Assembly: GCA_964623775.1 (NCBI GenBank) | Contig: CAZUVH010000003.1 | Coordinates: 5,739 to 69,738 of the forward strand | DNA length: 64,000 bases | Origin: an uncultured Candidatus Saccharibacteria bacterium | Lineage (GTDB): Bacteria > Patescibacteriota > Minisyncoccia > Phycocordibacterales > UBA2100 | Direction of reading: 5' to 3' | Part shown: piece after piece, positions 56,473 to 64,000 of the stretch | Layout: each line of letters begins with the position of its first letter | Numbering within the stretch: the stretch's first letter is position 1 | Translations under genes and position numbers: made by a program | Notes under the pieces: generated by a model | What the model saw: the letters and a program-made list of their open reading frames with translations, nothing else | Told to the model about the DNA's origin: nothing | The model's database searches: none

Positions 56473-57024
56473 ATGATGTATTCGTGGCGTCTCCCTCGGG
56501 CCGACTTTTTTCGGCCATATCTCCACGGGACATTCGACGCACGTTCGCGATCCGGCATTTTTGCTGCTTTAGCGGTATCCATTTCACTTACGTTTTTAAT
56601 AGCAACGATCGTCCAGGGCTATCAGGACACTTCGGCCGACACTCTCCCCGGCATCCCAAAAACAGGGGAAGTGCTTCGCGTCACCGATAGGGTCGTGGCG
56701 ACCACGAGCGCTCCTGTAGCGGTAAGGAGTCATCCTATGCGCGAGGTGCACGTGGCCAACAACGGCGCGGTGTATCTGCGCGGTGCGCGAATCACCGCGA
56801 TTAGTTCATCATCGATCACCGTATCTTCCGGATGGGGATCGATGGATTTTTCGTGGGACGTGGTCACAGGGATCGGCACACGGTATATCAATGCAAAAGG
56901 TGAAGCGATTAAGCGAAGCAGTCTCAAGGTGGGTACCATCGTCGCAGTGACGGGCGTGCTTGATGAAAGCGCACACTCAGCCTCTATGCGCGGACAATAC
57001 ATCCGCGTGAGTAAATCAAATTAG
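56473..57024 (+). CDS. Membrane-anchored hypothetical protein (OB-fold/DUF5666-like C-terminus)
   Basis: TACAGT 6 nt before ATG; TM segment; LKVGTIVAVTG. Confidence 0.6.
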   Translation: MMYSWRLPRADFFRPYLHGTFDARSRSGIFAALAVSISLTFLIATIVQGYQDTSADTLPGIPKTGEVLRVTDRVVATTSAPVAVRSHPMREVHVANNGAVYLRGARITAISSSSITVSSGWGSMDFSWDVVTGIGTRYINAKGEAIKRSSLKVGTIVAVTGVLDESAHSASMRGQYIRVSKSN

Positions 57025-59141
57025 ATGCGGCTCTGTTTGTTGGGGCCGGGCGCTTCCGCCTTGAGTCTTTGCCTCTTTGAGGCTTCTTTCGGGGTGACAT
57101 TCATTATTTTGACGACTTCGGCGATGCTCACTGGTTTGGTGAGGAAGAAGTCAAAGCCCGCATCGCGCGCTTTTCTTTTATGATCATCGTGCCCATAACC
57201 ACTGAGCGCGATCAGAATCGAGGCATGGCCGGCTTCTCGCATCCTTCGTGCCACTTCGTATCCGTCGATATCGGGAAGTCCGATGTCGAGGATGACTCCG
57301 TGCGGTTGTAGTACACGCGCTTTGTCGAGCGCTTCTTGGCCGGTGTAGGCGACCTCCGTCTCGTGGCCGTGCAATTCCAAAAGCTTGCCCATGCCTCGCG
57401 CTGCGTCCACATTGTCATCAACGACCAATATTTTTGAAGATTCAGCCGTAGGTTTGGGCGCTGGCTCCGGCGCGATTTTTACCGGCGGAGTCCCGATTTT
57501 TGCGGGCAATCGCACGATAAATTCACTCCCTCTTCCAAGGCCGTCGCTTTGTACCTCGATCGAGCCCCCGTGCATCTCGACGAGATTTTTAGCGAGCGTG
57601 AGGCCAAGACCCACTCCTCCCATGAGGGATTGTTTCGGGTTGATCTGCATGAAGGGCTCGAAGATCTTTTCCTGCTCCTCTTCGGTGAGTCCGACGCCCG
57701 TGTCGCGGACGCGTATGACGAGGTGTTCGCCTTCATAGGTGGCTTTGCAATCGATCAGGCCGCCCGACGGGGTATATTTTGCGGCATTGTAGAGGAGGTT
57801 TGTGACGACCTGTTCTATGCGCACAGGGTCGGCCTCGATGAGTACGGTTTTGTCGGGGTAGGTGACCGTAAATTGATGCCCGTTCTTTCGCATGTACGCC
57901 TCCACCGATTCGACCGCGGAGCGCAAGACCGTGCGCGCGCGCAGGATCTCTTTTTTGAGTTTGAGTTTTCTTTGGGTGATGCGCGAGATGTCGAAGATGT
58001 CGTCCAGGAGTCGTGCCATCGATCGGATGCGGTCTTCCATGCTCTCAAGAAGTCTCTCGCGCTGAGCCTCATCTTTTTTTGCGACCTTCATGAGTTCGAC
58101 AGAGCTCAGTATCGCGGCGAGCGGATTGCGGATCTCGTGTCCCAACGTGGCGATGAATTCATTCTTTGCCTCCTCATTCATTTCTTTTTCGGTCAGCGAG
58201 GACTTGAGGTTCTCGGTATACTTGGCCAATTCTCTGACCGCCGCTCTACGACGCTCCTCAATCGCGCAGAGTGTGTAATAAAAGAGAGCCATAAAGATAA
58301 ATAAAATCTGTGTGCTGTATATCCGATCGGGAATCGGACGCATATTGGCGGCTGTCGGTTCGTGTACGCCTAGAAAAAGTCCACTGAACGTGATTACACA
58401 TGTCATGAGCATCGCGAGGGTGACGAAGCGTGACCCTGCGCGCAAAGCGATCCACAAGAGGAGTAAGAAGTATGGAATTGCGATCGAGACTCCGTATATG
58501 ACACTGTTGGGAGTATAGGAAGCAATGTAGTTCGTGATTGCAAAGAGGGAGAGAATTGATACGATCTCGATCCAATCTCCGATAGTCCTTTTCCTGAGAG
58601 GGACTGTCCATCTGAGGATAAACGGCGTGAGGATGACACAACTGAGAAGGACCCCCGCCCAGATGTGCATCCAAGAAAAGGTCGCCGTGGAGCCAATGTA
58701 GGTGTTAAATGCCATTCTCGTTACCACACTCGTTGTTGGCGCGATGGTAGAGATGAGACTTGTGACGCCCAGAAATACCATAAAATCCCGCGTGTTTTCG
58801 AGCGAACGCTTGAAATTGAGTTTATTGAGGAAAAAGAGCGCGAGCGCAGGCTGGGCGACCGCTGCCAGTATGTTTGGTATGACGATCAGAAGAGGGGACC
58901 CGTTTATAAATCCGGAGACCATCGACGCGAGCGCGACCGGAAGTGCTGCACTGTACCCAAGCATAATAAATGCGGCGAGCGCTATGCCGTGGGCCGTAAA
59001 GAGTACCGCGGGAGCCGTACCCACGTGTCTATAGAGATACGTTGAAAAGAGGATCGCCCCCAGCTGTGCGGCAAACGTCAAAAGGAGCCACAACCAGTTG
59101 CGCCTGACTTCCTCCGTAAATTTTGACAAAAAATTGTTCAT
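57021..59141 (-). CDS. MASE1-domain hybrid sensor histidine kinase/receiver
   Basis: Multi-TM N-terminus; GHEIRNPL, NLLYNAAKYT, GLGL; VVDDN, LDIGLP, TKP. Confidence 0.93.
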   Translation of the reverse strand: MNNFLSKFTEEVRRNWLWLLLTFAAQLGAILFSTYLYRHVGTAPAVLFTAHGIALAAFIMLGYSAALPVALASMVSGFINGSPLLIVIPNILAAVAQPALALFFLNKLNFKRSLENTRDFMVFLGVTSLISTIAPTTSVVTRMAFNTYIGSTATFSWMHIWAGVLLSCVILTPFILRWTVPLRKRTIGDWIEIVSILSLFAITNYIASYTPNSVIYGVSIAIPYFLLLLWIALRAGSRFVTLAMLMTCVITFSGLFLGVHEPTAANMRPIPDRIYSTQILFIFMALFYYTLCAIEERRRAAVRELAKYTENLKSSLTEKEMNEEAKNEFIATLGHEIRNPLAAILSSVELMKVAKKDEAQRERLLESMEDRIRSMARLLDDIFDISRITQRKLKLKKEILRARTVLRSAVESVEAYMRKNGHQFTVTYPDKTVLIEADPVRIEQVVTNLLYNAAKYTPSGGLIDCKATYEGEHLVIRVRDTGVGLTEEEQEKIFEPFMQINPKQSLMGGVGLGLTLAKNLVEMHGGSIEVQSDGLGRGSEFIVRLPAKIGTPPVKIAPEPAPKPTAESSKILVVDDNVDAARGMGKLLELHGHETEVAYTGQEALDKARVLQPHGVILDIGLPDIDGYEVARRMREAGHASILIALSGYGHDDHKRKARDAGFDFFLTKPVSIAEVVKIMNVTPKEASKRQRLKAEAPGPNKQSRI

Positions 59142-59218
59142 ATCGTGTCGACTGCGGGATGCTACATCTTACTTGGGGAAAACTCAAGGTGTCGCTTCCG
59201 CAAAATTTCATATTGGAT

Positions 59219-61246
59219 TCAAGTGTTGATCTTATCCAGTACGTTTGTAAGGTCTCGGATGCCAACGGGCTTGGTGAGGTGGTAGGCAAAGCCACTGTCT
59301 CTAGCCCGCAGTTTGTCGGTACTTTGCCCATATCCGGTGACGGCGACGAGTGCGGGCCCGCCGCTCAAAAGCCGTACCTTTTGCGCCACCTCATAACCAC
59401 TCATGCCCGGGAGCCCGATATCCAATACGGCGACTGAGGGGCGGAATTTTTCTATTGCCTGGAGCGCTTCCGTGCCATCGTACGCGAGTGCGGTCTCGTA
59501 GCCAAAATGCCGTAGAAGCTTCGCGAGTCCATCTGCGGCCGGCTTATTGTCGTCGACGACGAGCACTCGATGTTTTTGTTTTGACGGCGCAATCTCTTTC
59601 AATTTTTCCACCGGAGCCGCTTTTTCTACGGTCGTCGGGAGCGTGATGATAAATTCGCTCCCGAGATTCTTGCCGCCACTGTGCATGGAGATCGTGCCGC
59701 CGTGCAGCTCCACAAGGCGTTTCGTGAGTGAGAGGCCAAGGCCAAGGCCCGGTGTCTCGCGCTGATGATCTGAGGCGCGACGGAACGGTTCGAATATATA
59801 TTGACTCGCCTCCTCATCGATGCCGATGCCGTTGTCGCGGATGATGATGGAGACGGCGCCTTCTTGCGGAACGACCGAAATATAAATCTTACCGTTTGGC
59901 GGGGTGAATTTTGCAGCGTTGTTGAGAACGTTTGCGATTATCTGTTCGAGGCGTACCGGATCTGCGTTCAAATGCACAGGTGACTCCGGCAGTGACACAC
60001 TGATCGTGTGATTGCGCGCGCGTATCGCTGGAGCGCTCATATTCACAGCGTGCGTGATGACTGATCCGAGCTCGATCACCGAGCGCTCGAGACGATATTT
60101 TTTGTTGTTGATACGGGAGATATCGAGGAGATCGTCGAGAAGGCGCGAAACACTCTTGATGTGGTGGCGAATACTCTCGACCGATTTGAGCACTTCTGCG
60201 TTTGCCCCCACCGTCTCGAGCTGCATGAATTCGAGCGTGCTCAAGACTGGCGCAAGCGGATTGCGCAACTCGTGCGCAAGGATTGCGATGAATTCGCTTT
60301 TTGCACGGTCCTCGCCGGAAATGCGCTTGAGCGCAGCCTCGAGTTTCGTGAGATTCGAAGCCATCGCTCTTTGGTCCGCTTTTCGTTCGCGCGCGATTGT
60401 CGCGAGGATTAGAAATCCCGCTGCTGATACACCGATAAACAACTGCGTCCACAAGAGTGCGGTGTCTTGCCCGTAGCTGTAAAAGACGCCCCTGCCGAAA
60501 AGTGCACCTGTCTCAGCGAGAATTGCGAGCAAGAATATACAGAGCGTCGTCGAGCGTAGGCCAGTGCGGATCGCCGTCCAGGCAAGCGGAATAAAGATGG
60601 GATAAAGAAATGGCGGGAGTGTGACTGACGATGCCATCCAGAATATAAAAAACGCGGTTGCGGTCGTTACTGTGATAGCAGCGACCCGCTCAATTTCCTC
60701 TGCGACTGTCTTTTTATAAAACTGAGGTGCAATCCACGAGAGTACGAACGGTACGAGGATGAGGGCGCCGAGCATGTCGCCAATCCACCACGGAATCCAC
60801 GTGAGCAAGAATTGGGATGATGGAATCGATCCTCCGAGGACGAGAGTACTGACGCCGAGCGTCGCGCTGACGATCGGGGCGGTGACCGCGACGAGTATGA
60901 AGCCCATCGTGTCGCGTAGGCGCGGGAAGACACGGTCGACCCCAAGTCTGTTCAAAAAATAGAGTGCGAGCGTTGCCTCCAGTGTATTTCCGATAGCAAT
61001 GCCGAGCGCTTCCGGAATGCTCGCGCCGATTGAGAAGTTTGCAAAAAAAGCGCCGAGCATCACGCCTGGCCATAGATTTCTCCCAAAGAGGAGTAGGACT
61101 ACAATCGCGATGCCTGATGGAGGCCAGATAAGAGCGGCAAACTCATTGACTGCCTGAAGGGAAAGGCCAAGACGTGCGGCAATAAAATACGCGAGAGCGA
61201 GTATGGCTATATATGCGATCCGCCGTGAAGAGGCATCGAGCACCAT
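59219..61246 (-). CDS. MASE1-domain hybrid sensor histidine kinase/receiver
   Basis: IWPPSG, GNTLEA, WWIGD; AHELRNPL, NAAKFT; VVDDN, LDIGLP, TKP. Confidence 0.94.
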   Translation of the reverse strand: MVLDASSRRIAYIAILALAYFIAARLGLSLQAVNEFAALIWPPSGIAIVVLLLFGRNLWPGVMLGAFFANFSIGASIPEALGIAIGNTLEATLALYFLNRLGVDRVFPRLRDTMGFILVAVTAPIVSATLGVSTLVLGGSIPSSQFLLTWIPWWIGDMLGALILVPFVLSWIAPQFYKKTVAEEIERVAAITVTTATAFFIFWMASSVTLPPFLYPIFIPLAWTAIRTGLRSTTLCIFLLAILAETGALFGRGVFYSYGQDTALLWTQLFIGVSAAGFLILATIARERKADQRAMASNLTKLEAALKRISGEDRAKSEFIAILAHELRNPLAPVLSTLEFMQLETVGANAEVLKSVESIRHHIKSVSRLLDDLLDISRINNKKYRLERSVIELGSVITHAVNMSAPAIRARNHTISVSLPESPVHLNADPVRLEQIIANVLNNAAKFTPPNGKIYISVVPQEGAVSIIIRDNGIGIDEEASQYIFEPFRRASDHQRETPGLGLGLSLTKRLVELHGGTISMHSGGKNLGSEFIITLPTTVEKAAPVEKLKEIAPSKQKHRVLVVDDNKPAADGLAKLLRHFGYETALAYDGTEALQAIEKFRPSVAVLDIGLPGMSGYEVAQKVRLLSGGPALVAVTGYGQSTDKLRARDSGFAYHLTKPVGIRDLTNVLDKINT

Positions 61247-61341
61247 GTGCCATATTAGACACAAATGATCATGATTTAATCATGAAGACGGTCTTCATCT
61301 TCCGATATGTCATTTAAATGGCTTTACATAAGGATAATCGA

Positions 61342-61371
61342 GAGGCCGTCAGCCCGGGGGCTGACGGCCTC
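61342..61371 (-). terminator. Hairpin downstream of 61396..62598
   Basis: gaggccgtcagccc/gggctgacggcctc 14-bp stem. Confidence 0.7.
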
Positions 61372-61395
61372 ATCTCGTGCTGAGCTTCTGAGAAT

Positions 61396-62598
61396 CTAGT
61401 ACTGCTGCATGCCACGCAGCTGCATGAATCTCATCCAACCTGTATTTTGTTGCGGTGTTAATTCTGCGTAGGCACCACGGCGATCTGAATAGCTTACGCC
61501 ACCGTATTGTTGGGCAGGGTTTTGATTGCGTAGGTTGTGCCACCAGCTTCTGTACCAATCATTCTGTCCGTAGTTTTGCTGTGGCTGTTGATACTGCGGC
61601 TGTGGCTGCGGCGGTGTGTACGATTGCGGCTGTTGAGTTGGTTGCTGCGGCGCCTGTTGCTGAGGTGCCTGTTGCTGCGCTTGATACCATTGCGGCTGAG
61701 TTTGCGTCACGTTGACGTTGGTCGTACACCACGATGAGCCTTGCGGCCCCCACACACTGAGCCGGTAGACGGTTGATTGTGTCGGAGACACACTACGAGA
61801 ACCTTGTACCGGTACTGGACCGATGCCGTGGTCGAGCGATGCAGATGTGGAATTCACCGAGTTCCACGAGAGCGTCGCCACTTGTCCGGGATAGATCGTG
61901 TTGTCGTCGGCCATCAGATTACAATCTGGTGCCGGTGATGGCTCCACTTGTACTGTCGTTTGGCACGTGGCCGTCCCGCCAGGCCCAGATACAGTCATCG
62001 TGTATGTGGTCGTGACCGAAGGGAAGACGGAGTAGGTTCCGTTCACCGTTACTGGTCCAATCCCTTGATCGATTGATGCTGAGGTGGCGTTTTGCCAGGT
62101 CCACGAGAGTATCGGGTCTTGGTTGACGTAGATAAGTGATGGTTCAGCTTTGATGGTACAACTCGGTCGTGGTGCCGGTGGAGGTGGTGTAACGCACCTA
62201 CCACCGCCATATCTATCTGATCCCGGGGGACACAAGGGGGTAGGTGGGGGCGGGGGATTGAAGAAAACAAATCCTCCACCTGCATCGCCGACGCCCGATC
62301 CGGAGCTGTCGCCGCCGCAGCACCCTGCACCCGCATCTCCCGGGGCTCCGCTGCTATCTCCGCCGCAACAGCCTGCATCACCAACGCCTCCGCCACCACC
62401 GTCACCTGCGGCTCCGCCGGAGTCGCCACCTCCGCCGCCGTCATCGGCGTGCGCTATTGAGAAGTTGATACGCGAGAAATGATCACCTTGAGCTTGATTG
62501 GTAAAGTACACTGGAAGAAAAAGCACGACCGCGGTCGAAATACTTATAGCGAGAAGTAATCCGATCCAAGAGCGTACTCGAAAATGGGGTAAATTCAT
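61396..62598 (-). CDS. Secreted protein with Gly-rich CC repeats, two Ig-like repeats and Gln-rich tail
   Basis: TM segment; GCCGGDSSG twice; LSW...N.TSAS.D.GIGPV.V.G repeats; QQPQ tract. Confidence 0.75.
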   Translation of the reverse strand: MNLPHFRVRSWIGLLLAISISTAVVLFLPVYFTNQAQGDHFSRINFSIAHADDGGGGGDSGGAAGDGGGGGVGDAGCCGGDSSGAPGDAGAGCCGGDSSGSGVGDAGGGFVFFNPPPPPTPLCPPGSDRYGGGRCVTPPPPAPRPSCTIKAEPSLIYVNQDPILSWTWQNATSASIDQGIGPVTVNGTYSVFPSVTTTYTMTVSGPGGTATCQTTVQVEPSPAPDCNLMADDNTIYPGQVATLSWNSVNSTSASLDHGIGPVPVQGSRSVSPTQSTVYRLSVWGPQGSSWCTTNVNVTQTQPQWYQAQQQAPQQQAPQQPTQQPQSYTPPQPQPQYQQPQQNYGQNDWYRSWWHNLRNQNPAQQYGGVSYSDRRGAYAELTPQQNTGWMRFMQLRGMQQY

Positions 62599-62794
62599 AT
62601 TAATGAATGGGTGTTACTGATAACAATCTGCCCGCACAGTATTTACTAACGGCAGTGTGGCTACAGTGAATCACCAAAACATAATGAACTTGTTCGAGTC
62701 GGACTTCACATAAAATTCCTACCGTCCCGCTACTATTGTCCCGTTCGTGGCCTATGGCACGACGCAACGAAAACAGACAAAAGGAGGGTCTGAT

Positions 62795-63079
62795 GTGATA
62801 CGAGTTCTTTTTGCAGCTCTGGCGCTTCTTGTGGCCTCGGTGCAATTTGCCGAAGCTGGCTGCAAGCGTGTCTGCATATCCGAAAGCCGTTGGAATTACA
62901 TCGTGTCGACGACGAGAGGAGGTATTCCGTATTGGTATGCGGGGATACGATGGAGCGACGGATGTGGTGTGCGCAAGTGCCTGAGTTCGCCGCATTTTCA
63001 TGGCAGATGCGGCACCGTGTGCGGCCCCGCGGGATCAATCGCATGTTATGACCCCGAGGGGATCAGAGTTCCGCTCTAA
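62795..63079 (+). CDS. Small secreted Cys-rich protein
   Basis: AAGGAGG SD before GTG; signal peptide ending AEA; 7 Cys. Confidence 0.65.
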   Translation: MIRVLFAALALLVASVQFAEAGCKRVCISESRWNYIVSTTRGGIPYWYAGIRWSDGCGVRKCLSSPHFHGRCGTVCGPAGSIACYDPEGIRVPL

Positions 63080-63115
63080 GTGCGAGAGTACGAACATGAC
63101 ATGGGCCTAAGAAAA

Positions 63116-63145
63116 GCCCCCACACCAAGTATTTGGCGTGGGGGC
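63116..63145. repeat. Short palindrome with CACACCAA arm (also a plausible terminator)
   Basis: GCCCCCACACCAA-gtat-TTGGCGTGGGGGC. Confidence 0.65.
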
Positions 63146-63159
63146 ATATTTTTTGTCGG

Positions 63160-63435
63160 TCAATTGAGATGGAGCATCCCGTTGACCAACCGAATCTCAG
63201 CGGGCCTGATGAGTCGCGAGTGCGCAACACGGACTGAATGCAGCGGACCATCGAGTTTGAGCTCCCAGAAATGCAAGAACTCGCTCAGCCGAGGAAATTT
63301 CGGATACATATCGTATTCCTGCCAGACGTACGTCTGGAGAATCGATTGGTGATCGGGCATGCGGTACAAAATTTCAGCGGTCGTCAGGCCGTATCCCGCG
63401 ACCTGTTTCAAGAAGTCGTCGGACACTCTGGACAT
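63160..63435 (-). CDS. usg: Usg family protein
   Basis: GYGLTTAEILYRMPDH..ILQTYVWQEYD..PKFP.L..FL.FW...LDGPLHSVRVAH. Confidence 0.9.
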   Translation of the reverse strand: MSRVSDDFLKQVAGYGLTTAEILYRMPDHQSILQTYVWQEYDMYPKFPRLSEFLHFWELKLDGPLHSVRVAHSRLIRPAEIRLVNGMLHLN

Positions 63436-63558
63436 ACAGACCTCCCTCAAATCCACTCTCTTTACACTAGCGCTACCGGCCGTTCGGTCAAGGTGTTTTC
63501 AACGGTATCATCGGCGAGACGATTGACGGGTGGTGCGGCCCGAAGTACGGTTATTCAA

Positions 63559-64000
63559 ATGGATAAAATTCCTCAATGCGTTGGCATTATTCTCGATGGC
63601 AACCGAAGGTGGGCGAAAGAGCAGGGGATGCCCACCTTTGAAGGGCATCGCCGAGGCATGGACAATGTGGAGACTATCACCCTCGCGGCGCGAGATCTTG
63701 GCATTAAACATCTCGTCGTGTATGCGTTCTCGACCGAGAATTGGAAACGGACGACCGAAGAGGTGTCCTATCTTATGGGGATTTTCGAGGAGATGGCCAA
63801 GAGATCGATGGCGCGGCTTGCCGAAGAGGGCGTAGCGGTGCGCTTCATCGGACAGCGTGAGCGATTCTCCGAAAGTTTGCGCGCCGCCATGGACGAAGCA
63901 GAAGAGCGTAGTCCGAAAGATCCTGCGATCACGCTTTGGGTCTGTCTTTCATACGGCGGCCGTGCCGAGATCGTAAGCGCCGCGCGATCCCTTGTCGAAA
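63559..64000 (+). CDS. uppS: Undecaprenyl diphosphate synthase (3' truncated; absent from ORF track)
   Basis: MDKIPQCVGIILDGNRRWAK...EGHRRG...YAFSTENWKR...SYGGRAEI. Confidence 0.95.
   Translation, partial: MDKIPQCVGIILDGNRRWAKEQGMPTFEGHRRGMDNVETITLAARDLGIKHLVVYAFSTENWKRTTEEVSYLMGIFEEMAKRSMARLAEEGVAVRFIGQRERFSESLRAAMDEAEERSPKDPAITLWVCLSYGGRAEIVSAARSLVE

Overview
64 kb of chromosomal DNA (genetic code 11) from a reduced-genome bacterium. Gene content and style point to Patescibacteria/CPR, probably Parcubacteria (inference). Main blocks: redox/envelope locus (XRE, Met-rich thioredoxin, DipZ); an 11-kb cluster of secreted Ig-like/peptidoglycan-binding surface proteins; an alpha-glucan cluster (HAD, GT4, GH57, GH15, PGI/PMI, ROK); a thymidylate/folate island (glyA, tmk, dcd, thyA, folA) with an orphan purM; murQ; PMM/PGM; an OmpR-type two-component pair; a hyaluronan-synthase-like exopolysaccharide locus (nucleotide-sugar dehydrogenase, GT2, deacetylase, lectin-like protein, galU); tandem LapG-like cysteine peptidases; tandem MASE1 hybrid kinases; usg; partial uppS. 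I found no rRNA, tRNA, CRISPR array, transposase or integrase. The most unusual signals are non-coding. (1) Two dispersed elements share near-identical inverted arms (ACCAYSACACCAATAG) around unrelated interiors of exactly 71 nt, each abutting a promoter. (2) A 131-bp hairpin insertion duplicates the galU start codon and creates a leaderless uORF over a stem that hides the galU RBS. (3) A recurrent TTCAT-N6-half-site-N10-(-10) promoter architecture is found at the polysaccharide locus. (4) Core genes tend to be leaderless, whereas solo cassette-like genes are SD-led and several look alphaproteobacterial. All family assignments come from motif recognition by eye, not database searches.
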